From the NCBI RefSeq assembly GCF_009914755.1, contig NC_060932.1: a DNA stretch of 64,000 nt, one strand, 5' to 3'. Under the pieces are notes generated by a model. The model saw only the letters and a list, made by a program, of their open reading frames with translations. It was not told where the DNA came from and searched no databases. The translations under genes and the position numbers were made by a program. Shown here in pieces: positions 14,739 through 32,493 of this stretch. Source of the DNA: the human T2T-CHM13v2.0 reference genome, Homo sapiens. Positions within the stretch are counted from its first letter, which is position 1. Each line of letters begins with the position of its first letter.

Positions 14739-15003
14739 TTTTTTTGGCGGGGGGGATAGAGTCTTGCTCTGTTGCCCAGGCTGGAGCGCAGTGGCACAAT
14801 CTTGGCTCACTGCAACCTCTGCCTCCCAGATTCAAGCAATTATTGTGCCTTAGCCACTTGGGTAAAGCACGTGCCATCACGCCTGGCTAATTTTTGTATT
14901 TTCAGTAGAGACAGGGTTTCGCTATGTTGGCCAGGATGGTCTTGAACCCCTGGCTTCGGGTGATCCACCCTCCTTGGCCTCCCAAAGTGCTGGGATTACA
15001 GGC
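14739..15003 (-). mobile_element. AluS-like SINE
   Basis: Dimeric Alu in antisense, with GCTAATTTTTGTATTTTCAGTAGAGAC linker and CTCCCAAAGTGCTGGGATTACAGGC. Confidence 0.9.
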
Positions 15004-16887
15004 AGAATTATTTTTAATACCTAATCTGCATCTACAAGAGGACAGTGCTATAATGACTATACACAGGCCTCTACAACACTGATTCAAAGAAAACTCACAT
15101 TTCCAAGAGTAATTCTCTCACACCCACTCCCCATATTACATTGGCCTTGCATATTTAGTGTTTGCCCTGACATGCCACTGAATGATATTACTGTAAGCCC
15201 AGTTGGGTCCACCCTTAAAGCCTCCAACTTCTGAGACCCTTGGTAGAAGATATCTTAACATGTAATTTAAGTTTTGCCCTTATGCAAAACAGAATTTTAA
15301 ATAACATTAGGAAAGCTAAAGTGTTAGTGAGCAAGCAGACAGCTTTCTAAAGCATTTCTACAAATACCAATGAACTTAACTATCTGTTTTCTCTAGAAAG
15401 GCCAGACACATAATAATTTGAGGTCAAAATCTTCTGTGATCTGGATTCCTGAATATGTGACACCACTGTTTCCTATAAAGATCTACCGACTGAGTGAATG
15501 GTTGGTTTGCCACAGCCATTTGTTCCTAAGAAGAAGTATAAATCATATTTGTGTTTATTTACCCACCTATGCACAGATAACCTCTATCCAATTAATTTAC
15601 TGCAACTTAGGTGACCAGTGTACATAAAATGAGTTCTTCTCAAAGCCGGAAAACAAGACCCAATATTCCTTTCTAACAAAGCAAAAGTGGTTCATGACCA
15701 GGATAAGTCAGAATTGAATCTTAACATGAGTAAAAGTGGGCACTCACTCTTCTAAAGAAAGACATGTGGGGACACAGATATAGAAAAGACAGCAACAAGA
15801 AGATTCATTCTAGGGCTTTCAGAAAGCGGAACCACAAATGAAGTTATTGTTTGGCAGGAACAGAACACTAGACCATAGATTGAAAGGGGGCAGAGATGGT
15901 GACCTAGAAAGGTTTTAAGTGGATAGATTTTTGGCACTAAAAATGTAGCAGACAGTATTGAGGATTTAGTCAACTAAGTCAAATTAAGATGTAAGGACAG
16001 GAGATGCTGCCACTCAGGGCTCATCTTAGGTTGGAATGATTTGGTACCAGGATGAGAGGAGCACTAACTTGGTACGAGGTGACTGAGCATCCGTATGTAC
16101 TTCTTGCATACAGCAGGTATCTGATATAACACCAAGCCTACACTGAGGGGTTAGAATTAGCCAGAATTTTATATCTGAACTTATAAACATATAAAGGGAC
16201 CACACTCCTAACCACTGAAGTTGGATTTGAACTGTCTACACCATCGACCAGATTTCACTTCGTGGGAGGTAGTGATATTAAAACTATCTTTAGAAAAATA
16301 TTCCTCAAGATGGCCATTACCAACCTATTTGTGGAAACTATGCAGTTTTAAATGAAATCCTAAAATGTAATATTTTTTTCCAACAGCTAGAGATGTTAAT
16401 TCAAACCATGTGTGAAATTGGAGAGAAGTGGAACTCAAATCAGACCCTATCAAAAAACTCTCTGAGTTTTCACAAGATAATTTGCCCAATTTTTTTACAT
16501 TGCCACTAGTAGAATACCTTTTGTATTGCTTTATGTTATGTTATTTTATTTTATTTTTTAGTGTGTATGTGTGCTTTGAGAAATTTTGAATCTGCTTCTA
16601 GAGTTTGGCTGAGTTCAGCTGTTAAAAATTTACCTTCGTCATCCATCCTCATTCTTTTTAAAACTCCCATTCCATATTACCTCTTTTACTACTATTACTA
16701 TACTGAATGAGTTTTTCTAGCAAAGAGATTGGATTTTATACTTTCACTAGTGATTTAATAGAAGTTGAAATTGGTAGCTGAAATGGAGACTTTAGAGTAA
16801 CAGATAATCAAAGACTATCTATCCAATAATTATTTTATTATTTTGAATAAAAACTATCGGTTAAGTAAAATGCAAAAGTAGACTTAC

Positions 16888-16935
16888 CTTTAGTGTATCC
16901 TGAAGACAAAATAACATTTTTGTCTGGCTTGATAC
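16888..16935 (-). other. Candidate 48-nt internal exon of a minus-strand transcript
   Basis: Acceptor ttgcttacattcctattgtcactag|GT with a CTTAC branch-like motif; consensus-like donor AAG|gtaagt. Confidence 0.4.
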
Positions 16936-17074
16936 CTAGTGACAATAGGAATGTAAGCAATAGGAACTGATTTTTTAAAAGTAATGTTATTAATATTATT
17001 TAGGATCTCACTTTCTATATGTGTATTTCATATTGGGACTTTGATTTGTGTTGTCTTCACAAATCATTCCAAAC

Positions 17075-17294
17075 TTTTTTGTTTTGTTTTGTTTTTTGAG
17101 ACTGAGTCTCACTCTGTCGCCCAGGCTGGAGTGTGCAGTGGCACGATCTCGGCTCACTGCCAGCTCCGCCTCCCGGGTTCACACCATTCTCCTGCCTCAG
17201 CCTACTGAGTAGCTGGGACTACAGGCACCCACCACCACGCCCACCTCGGCCTCCCAAAGTGTTGGGATTACAGGTGTGAGCCACCACGCCTGGC
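17075..17294 (-). mobile_element. AluY-like SINE with an internal deletion of the A-rich linker region
   Basis: GCTCCGCCTCCCGGGTTCACACCATTCTCC (Y-type); jumps at CACCACGCC|CACCTCGGCCTCCC; TSD TCATTC(C/T)AAACTTTT at 17064-17078 and 17295-17309. Confidence 0.88.
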
Positions 17295-17614
17295 TCATTC
17301 TAAACTTTTCATAAATTAACAAAGGTATGAGTTATACAGGACTTTGTCTTACATCGTAACCTCCTTTCTACTCTTATTTGGCTCACTTCTTCTCTAGAAT
17401 AATAAACTAGGAGACTACAGTTGATTGAAACAAATAAGCCTGAACTATGCCAGTTTCAGACATAAGGACTTGGTAAATATATATATTTTTAAAACATTTG
17501 GCTTTATTTATGAAAAGCCTTCAGAACTGTATGAAACATTTAAATACATATTTTGCAATATTATTTATTGAACATTCACATGCCCTCAAGTTCAAATTAT
17601 TTTTAAAACACCAT

Positions 17615-17976
17615 TGATATGCTTTGGTTGTGTTCCCACCCAAATCTCATCTTGAATTATAATCTCCATAATCCCCAGGTGTTGAGGGCGGGTCCTGGTA
17701 GGAGGTAATTGTATCATGGGGGTGGTTTCCCCCATGATGTTCTCATGATAGTGAGTGAGTGCTCATGAGACCTGATGGTTTTATGAGTTTGACAGTTCCG
17801 CCTTCACACGCTCACTATCTCCTGCTGTGAAGAAGGTGACTGCTTCCCCTTCTGCCATGTAAGTTTCCTGAGGCCCCCCAAGCCATGCAGAACTGTGAGT
17901 CAATTAAATCTCCTCTGTTTAAAATTACCCAGTCCTGGGTAGTATCTTCATAGCAGTGCGAAAATGGACTATTACA
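17615..17976 (+). mobile_element. THE1 (THE1C/D-like) MaLR solo LTR
   Basis: TGATATGCTTTGGTTGTGTTCCCACCCAAATCTCATCTTGAATT...GGACTATTACA, 362 bp; 5-bp TSD ACCAT on both sides. Confidence 0.9.
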
Positions 17977-19452
17977 ACCATAATATCCGTTACCTCAAGA
18001 AATTCCACTATTGAAGCATATGATGATAAAAATTTTGCTTTGTATTTCTTGTTGAGTTGCAAATTTCAATAAGAAGACAAGTGAACAGCAATTCACACTT
18101 GGCATAAATGTTAAAAATCATCTTTTGAATTATTGCAACAGCTGTTATTTTCAGGATTGGTAGTTATTTCTGGTTGCACCTCTGCAACTCAGATCTGCCT
18201 AATGTCTTTGGCCATTAGGTTCAGAGTGAACCACTGCAGTTATGATTGATCTTAGCATTACTGTCTATTTGTCTGAGACTTTCAGAAGTTGAAAGCAATG
18301 CTAAAATATTTCACATTATAATTTACTAGGTCTTTATAAAATGCTCCTGCCCATATTACTTGTGGCTTATCTTAAAGTAGCAGCTTAGTTATCCTGCAAT
18401 CTCAATTAACAGGCACTGAGCAACCACTATATGTCCAGCAAAACTAAAAAAATGCCAAGTAGCTCCTACATTGCTTTGAAGTTAGCGGAACTGTCATGCT
18501 CTGAAATCTCATTATTGATAATCTTTATATATATATATATATATATAAAATTAGTGATGGGCCCAACTTTTATGCTTCCTCCATCAAAAAAGACAATAAC
18601 TCTCTTTATCTTTTATCACTCACCCCAGACCTTCCTCCTCTTTGGGGTCTTCAGCTTTCTCAACTTTTAATCAATCCAAATACATCTTGCCTTAGACTTC
18701 TACTAAATGGCTACCTATCACCATTCCTAATCTATTTTTTTTAAGTCTGAAATATAGGCATTGGTAAAGTCTGCAAAAGGCCAGAACTACCTCTTCAAAA
18801 GCCTTCTCCACGTATGCTCCAGGAATCTCAGATATCTAATCTTTTCATTAGTGCTACTTACTTCACAATGACTGACATTACCACACAGTAGAACAGCATT
18901 TATTCTCAACCATCCCTAGTTGTTTGCACCTCTAAACTTTTCAGATTGATGTTTTGTGCAGTTCATATTTATTTTAAAATTTCTATCTAATTATATTGAT
19001 TTAAGTTTTGATAATTCATTGCCACTGAATGCTAATACAGGCATATTTCAGAAATAGTGAAAATTTGATTCCAGATCACAGCAATAAAAGTGAATATTGC
19101 AATAAAGCAAGTCACACAAAATTTTTTGTTTCCCAATGCATATAAAAGTTAACACTGTAGTCTATTAAGTTTGTAAAAGCATTATGTCTAATAATACAAT
19201 GTACACACCTCAATTAAAAATACTTTATTTCTAAAAAGTGCAAATAACTATCTGATCATTCAGCAAGTCTTTTGGCTGTGAAGTCTTGCCCCAATGTTGA
19301 TGGCTACTGACTGATCAGGATGGAGGTTGCTGAAGGTTGGGATGGCTGTGGCAATTCCTTAAAATAAGACAACAATAAAGTTTGCCATATCAATTGACTC
19401 TTCCTTTCCAAAAGATTTCTCTGTAGCATGGAATGCAAAGCTGTTTAAGAGC

Positions 19453-19616
19453 TTTTTTTTTTTTTTTTTCTCGCTCCGTTGCCCAGGCTGCAGTGCGGTG
19501 GCATGATCTTGGCTCACTGCAACCTACGCCTTCCAGGTTCAAACTATTCTCCGCCTCAGCCTCCCTAGCAGCTGGTACTACAGGCACATGCTACCATGCC
19601 TGGCTAATTTTTTGTA
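19453..19616 (-). mobile_element. 5'-truncated Alu (right arm) inserted in Tigger1
   Basis: Poly-T followed by Alu right-arm sequence; TSD TTTAAGAGC at 19444-19452 and 19617-19625. Confidence 0.9.
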
Positions 19617-20149
19617 TTTAAGAGCCTTTCATGCACAATAGGACTTCTCGCAAAATTAAAGACAATCTTCTCAAACCTGCCTCTGTTTTCTCAACTAGGC
19701 TGATGTAATATTCTAAATACTTTGCTGTCATTTCAATAATGTTCATGGCATCTTCAATAAGAGTGGATTCCCTCTCAAGAAACCACTTTCTTGGCTCATC
19801 CATAAGAAGCAACTCCTCATCTGTTCAAATTTTATCGTAAGATTGTAGCAACTCAGTCACATCTTGAGGATCCACTCTAATTCTATTTCTCTTCCTATTT
19901 CCACTACATTCGCAGTTACTTCCTCCCCTGAAGTCTTGAACTCCTCCAACTTACCCATGGAGGGCTGGAATCAGCTTTTCCCAAACTCCTGTTAATGTTT
20001 ATATTTTGATCTCCTAGGGATCACAAATGTTCTTAATGGCATCTAGAACAGTGAATGCTGTCCAGATGGTTTTCAGTGTACTTTGCCTAGATGCATCAGA
20101 GGAATCATTATCTATGGCAGCTATAGCCTTGTGAAAAATAGTTTTTAAA

Positions 20150-20749
20150 AATTTTTCCAGGCTATTTAATCAAGTTACCTACAACGTTCACATTCCTGAG
20201 TATACTCTATTGAGGTGACATCATTTGTTTTGGAATTTTTCTACATTCCACTTAAAAAGTGTTTCCTTTCCTAAGAAACTGAACTTTTCTGTCAAATGCA
20301 TATGATCAAATAGGAGAACTGGGTTCATAAAATGGATTCATTGCAAACTTTATGTGTAAATGCTAAACATCAGTAAAGTAGTTCTTTATTCTATCTTCTT
20401 GCCTTATGTCATGAAGCATAATAAAAAAATGTATGTGCCCTGGAGTTACGAATGCCGACAGAAAACACTTGTTGCACTTGTCCACAGTTTTCAAGTACGT
20501 GTTTTTCGACAGCCACATGTTATCTATGAGGTTGCAAACAGCATGAGCTATGGGTAATGACGGTTGTCTTTGGATTCTACTTTCCTAGCTGGGAAAAAAC
20601 TCCATTTCAAAAACTGGATTATCATTGTGGCCACTAATTACCAAGTGGAAGCTTCCAGACATTGTCTTCAATATATGGCTCCTGCAGTGAGACAACATCG
20701 TAACAAAGTCAGTTCCCACAACCAAGACTCACACTTGGTGTATTCAGCC
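20150..20749 (-). pseudogene. TRAPPC2P2: Processed pseudogene of TRAPPC2 (sedlin/SEDL), probably TRAPPC2P2 (SEDLP2)
   Basis: From the ATG at 20662, manual translation across frameshifts gives [22 protein letters not shown]...[15 protein letters not shown]...[44 protein letters not shown], colinear with sedlin ([22 protein letters not shown]...[23 protein letters not shown]) and intronless; CDS remnant about 20247-20662. 5'UTR GAGCCATATATTGAAGAC; ATTAAA signal at 20165-20170. Parent gene is clear; the P2 locus name is inferred. Confidence 0.9.
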
Positions 20750-22389
20750 AATAACAAGACTTGAAAGTTGAAATTACTCCTTGATCCACGGGCTGCAGAA
20801 TGGAAGCTGTGTTGGCAGGCATGAAAACAACAGTAATCTCCTTGTACATCTCCACCAGAGCTCTTGAGTGACTGGGAGCATTTCAATGAACAGTAATTTT
20901 TGTTTTAGAAAAAGGGAATCTTTTTTCCTGAGCAGTAGATCTCAACACTGGGCTTAAAATATTTAAAAAACCAAGCTATGGACAGATGTTTTATCATCTA
21001 GGCTTTATTGTTCCATTTATAGACAGCACAGGCAGTGCAGATTTAGCATCATCCTTGAGAGCCCTGAGATTTTCAGAATAGGAAATGAACAATGGATTCA
21101 ACTTAAACTCACTGGCTGCATCAGCCCCTAACCAGAGAGTCAGCCTGACCTTTGAAGCTTTGAAACCAGGCATTGACTTCTCTTTAGCTGTGAAAGTCCT
21201 GGATGGCATCTTCTTCCACAGAAAGACTTTTGTTTATATTGAAACTCTGTTGTTTAGTGTAGGCATCTTCATCAATGATCTTAGCCAGATCTTCTGGAAA
21301 CTTGCTGCAGAAGTTCTGGAAACTTACTGCATCTTCTGCTGAGTGCTTGCTTCACCCTACATTTTTATGTTAACCTCAGGAACCAATGTCTGTTAGCTTC
21401 AAACTTTTCTTCTACAGTTTCCTCACCTCTGCCAGTCTTCAGATAATTGAAGAGAGTTAGGGCCTTGTTCTAGAGTAGACTTTGGCTTAAGGGAATGTTG
21501 TAGCTAGTTTGATTTTCTACCCAGACCACTACAACTCTCTCCATATCAGCAATAGGCTCTTTTGTTTTCTTATCATTCATGGGTTCACTGAAGTAACACT
21601 TGTAATTTACTTCAAGGACTTTTCTTTTGAATTAACAACTTGGCTAACCATTTGGCACAAGAGGCCTACTTTTGGCCTGTCTTAGTTTTCAACATGCTTT
21701 CCTCATTAAGCTAAATCATTCCTAGCTTTTGACTAAAAGTGAAAGGCGTGTGGCTCTCCTTTCAGTTGAACACTTAGAGGCCATTGTAGGGTTATTAACA
21801 GACCTAATTTGACTATTGTTGTGTCTCAGGGAATAGGGAGGCCTGAGGAAAGCAAGGAAGATGGGAGAGCGGGTGGTAAGTGGAGAAGTCAGAACACATA
21901 CATTTATCAATTAAGTTCATCGTCTTATATGGGCATGGTTTGTGGTGCCCCAGAACCTTTACAATCAGAGATCAAAAATTACAGATTATCATAACAGATA
22001 CAATAATTATGAGAATGACTGAAATATCAGAAGAATTAACAAAATGTCACACTGAAACACAAAGGGAGCATGTGCTGTTGGGAAAATGGCACCAATAGAC
22101 TAGCTTGAGGCAGGCTTGCCACAAACCTTCTATTCATAAAAACTGTACTATCTGCAAAGCACAATAAAGCAGGTGCAATAAAATGAGGTATTCCTGTATA
22201 TAAAAAGGGAACAAGAAAGATGCCCAAAGATTACCTTAACAGGATAGAGACTGCAATCTGTGGATACTGGAATTAGCCAAAATTATAACCATAAATGCAT
22301 GGGCTAAAATGGAATTACATTTCTATAATGCTTTTAACTTCCGTAAAATGACTTCACAAGTAAGCAAAGATTATGAACTACTAAAAACA

Positions 22390-23030
22390 TGCAAAAGAAG
22401 AAATGCAAACAGCTAGCAAACACGAATAAACATTCATTCACATTAATTATCAGAGAAATGCACACTACGATACTATTATCACCCATTAAATTGTGAAGGA
22501 TTTAGATCATATTTTGAATGTTGTGAGGGTACAATGTAATTATACATATTTTTATTCAATGCTGATGGGAATATAAACTGGTAGATTGTCCTGGAAAATG
22601 ATTTGGCACTATGTATGAAAAGGCTTTCAAAGGGCACATGATTTTGGACTTAGTAACCACACTTCTGGAATAATTCCTAATGTACACATGTTCATCATCA
22701 CAGCAATAAGTATAGAAAAACAAATATGGAACAAACAAAATATATAAACAGAAGAATATTTTTTAAAAATTTTCTGTGAATGGATTAAATATTATACTGT
22801 CAATTAAAATTATATCTTCAGAAACTATTGGAGAAAATATCATACAGTAAATAAAGAATAAGAGCAGAATATGAAACTATCTATGATATGAGACAAATTT
22901 GTAAATTGTACATGTACACACACAATGCCAGAAAGAAATATATGAAATATATGAAATACCAATCTGGTTATAGGTTTATGGGGAATTATTTTTGTTTTTT
23001 CAAATTTTCTTATTTATTATCCTCATAATC
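22390..23030 (+). mobile_element. Highly decayed L1ME-like 3' fragment
   Basis: GCTGATGGGAATATAAACTGGTA...CTGGAAAATGATTTGGCA...CCACACTTCTGGAATAATTCCTAA. Confidence 0.55.
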
Positions 23031-23227
23031 AAGGTTCTTCTTTAAAACTATTTTTACATATCTTTACCTTTACCACAGAAGGTCATAATTATGTGGTTCC
23101 TCTTCTGAAAACCTATCAGTTGGTGAAATGAACATATCTTCATTAATTACCTTTTCTGATTTATGAAATTTTTAGTCTTCCAATATCAAGTCACAAGAGA
23201 TCATTTCATCAAGACTTAGCATATGCA

Positions 23228-29334
<6,107 letters not shown>

Positions 29335-30039
29335 GAATTAGCATATGCATTAAGGCTACTTTATGTTAAGTTATGGACTTGAGTTTGACTCACCTTACAT
29401 CTTAATTACAGGCTCCTATTCTGTTAAAGTTCAATTTTTGAGTCAGCATCTAAGTGTACACATACTGTAATTTTCAGGGTAGAGAGAGCGAATATCTTGT
29501 TCTGTTTGAATATCTTTATATTTTACTTTGAAAATACAAGAAAAACTAGAGGATATAAACAAAAAAACTTTTAAATATAGAAAATAGAATTTGACTTATA
29601 TAAGTTGTATACAACCCTGGTTGTACATGGAGTCACCGAAGAACTTTAAGAAACTATTGACTTTAGGTTGAATTCCTAAAACTCTGACTTATATAGTCTG
29701 AGGTAAGACATGGATTGGGGAATTTTTGTTTTAAAGTTTCTAAGAATACCAGGTGTTAAGAATTACAGGGGTACTTCCTGAAACATTCATCATTCTTTAT
29801 TTGGGTCACAATCCTCTGTGTGTATGTAGATTTTTTTTTTCTTTTCACCTACATATCCTTTTTATAATTTTAAGGACTTCTTAGAGTTCATTACCTCACA
29901 TGGCCAGGGAATGCTTTTTTCATCACCAGCCATATTCTATTAACCACCAAGAACTGTTGAAAATACTACCGAAAAGCCTACTAGGTATTACATAGCTCCA
30001 AATACAGCTACTTATAATCTCTTTTATCAGCACAAAATG

Positions 30040-30320
30040 CATGAAGTTTTTGGTGATGGATTAGATATGGATGATGAAGAAGAAAGCAAGAAAGTGATGT
30101 TAAAAGGGACTCCAAGGTTGAGAGCTTAAGCAACTATATTGAAAGTGGAGCCACTCCTGAAGATAAAGAAGAGTGGGGTAGATCAGGCTTACAGGAAGAG
30201 CTCCTGAGTCCAATTTTGTACACGTTGAGTTTGAAGTGCTCTTATGACATCCAAATGGAAGATGTTAACGAGGCAATTGGATTCTGCATATACAGCTCAA
30301 AGGCAAGAAGAAAATGAATA
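30040..30320 (-). mobile_element. L2 fragment
   Basis: GGTGATGGATTAGATATGG...TTTTGTACACGTTGAGTTTGAAGTGCTCTTATGACATCCAAATGGAAGATGT. Confidence 0.6.
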
Positions 30321-32493
30321 GAGGGGTTCATCCAAGGGTAGGATTTTCCTGGATGGAAGAAAACACACAGAAATACATACTAAAGAGGGCAGGAGGGTTC
30401 TATGACATTGACAAGAGTTTATTACAGTGGCGGCTCATGGTCTTCTAAACTAGATAGGGAGGGAAGGGAGGTTGGGAAGGGACTGGTGTGTATAAAGAAA
30501 CTGGAGAAACACATTGGCTCACAAGTTTCTACAAAGTTTTCAAGGCAAATTACTAAGATACTTTACACATTTCTCTGACATAACCTTGGACTTCTCCCCA
30601 CATTCTGCTGTGCTCATTATGGCATGCCCCTTGGTGCCATCTTTATCCATTAAGTGAAATTTGCTGGAGGAATCTCAAAAATCTTGTAGAAGTTGACGGT
30701 GGCCAAACTTTTATTTGCGGTTCTCACTTCCATAACTTTAATTTTTGTTTCAATTCCTGCAAAGCCTGTACCTAACTGAATTCTTTTCTCCTCGCTTCAT
30801 GGGTATACTGGATTTCAAAACACCTCCAGCTGTTTTGTCTTTAAGTTTTGGTGTAATGGGCTATTTAACCTTCCAAACTGGCTGTACTGACCTTCATTCT
30901 CTTCATAAACATCAACCTCTGAATGATCCATGAAAGTGCCTTGCTTCTCTTGTCTCCATGTTAACCAAGGTCTACATAAGCTTCTTACTTATACTTTTAT
31001 TTCTGCTATTTATTTTAAATGAATTTTTCTTAGCATTATTTGCTACTTTTTCAAATGTAAAATATTCTCTTTTCTGAGAGCTTTTTTTCTCCTTTTTTAT
31101 TGTTTTCACCATGTTTATGTTAAATCTTATACTGTTCATCATACTCTGAGAGTAAAAATTAGTTATGTGTTTTTTATTTGTCTTTCCAACACTGCTCTTA
31201 ATATATTATATATTCCTGGACTCAAATCCTCATTTCTTCAATTATTATTTTTTCTTAGTATGCAAAGATAACTGTCAATTTGCATACCCACTATCTGTTC
31301 TTTTTTAGTAAATAAATTAATATTTCAATTAAGCTCATTTTCCAATTTTGTAGTATATTCTAGATTATCAGCATATGAATTCAGAAAAATATCTCTCCTA
31401 AGAATTTTCAAAATTGATTTAAGTAATTTTCATCACATATTCCTTTGTTACCTCTGTCATCTACTCGTCAAGTCACACTAAGAGAAGTTCCTTAAACTCT
31501 TCATTGAAAAAGCATTTGAACATTTTTTGCGCCCCCAGCATTTGTGATACAGAAGACATTGTTCACATTCTCCAGGTGTTCAATCTAAGATGAAGAGATC
31601 TATGTAAACAAGTAATTATAATAATTTGTGATAAAGTTCTGAAATAGCAGTGTGCTCAAATCACCAAATGTGATTCTCAGCACTGGTATCCTGAGAAGCT
31701 TGAAAAGAAAAATTTCAACATCCATGGCCTGCCACAGACCAAGCAACTTACACTTCTAGGGAAGTGACCTGAGCATCGGTTTTAAAAGTTTCCAGATGAT
31801 TCGAATGTGCAGCCTGGATTGTGTTCCTTTCTAGGGGAAAGATACTATAAAGGAGAAGAGAGCACTTATCTTTGTCTGGAGTGGGGAGAATATGAAGGCA
31901 AGCTTCTTACAAGGGCCAGTAACAAAAAGTTAGAGCCCATCAGGCTTAGAAGGGCCAGGAGGAGGCACTTCAGACAGGTGGAGAAACTAATTCAACCCAA
32001 AGCAAGAAATAACCTAATGAGTAGGTTGTCATGGCTGGGAAGTGGTGGGAAGGAGCAGGGAAGGAAACCACAATGCGAAGACAGGACTTAACCAGGCTCT
32101 GAAGTGTTTCAAAAAGTGCACATATTGTCTTATGCAAATGGAAAACCATTGTGGATTCTTCTTCCCTAACGAAAAGTTTCCCAAACACTGCTGCCATAGG
32201 ACTGTCCCAGAAGAAACTGTTTCTGTAGATATGGGAGAGACTTAGACAGCTCGACTTTAGCAAGCACCCCAGGCAATTCTGGTGATCCTGGAAGTTTGGG
32301 AAACACTAATTTAAATAATACAGTCTCTAGAGAATGGGGAAGTAGCTGTAGCGCCTTTGAAGTCTTTGGCTAGAAATCAAAGAACTTGAAAGTTTATATT
32401 TTCTGTTAATTACATTGTCTGGTGAAAGCTAGATTTTAGGAAGAACAAACAGCATATGCAAATAAAACAATTGGTTATAAGTATAATGTTGAC

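Larger units (their letters stand above)
19038..22196 (-). mobile_element. Tigger1 (TcMar/pogo) DNA transposon, complete, with two nested retro-insertions
   Basis: Termini CAGGCATA... and ...TATTCCTG flanked by TA (19036-37, 22197-98). Transposase remnants on the - strand: [39 protein letters not shown] (20994-21209) and LLMDEPRKWFLE (19618-19812). Confidence 0.93.

Noticed and set aside
20360-20764. Plus-strand ORFs of 65-66 aa
   Set aside because: Antisense shadows of the TRAPPC2 retrocopy.
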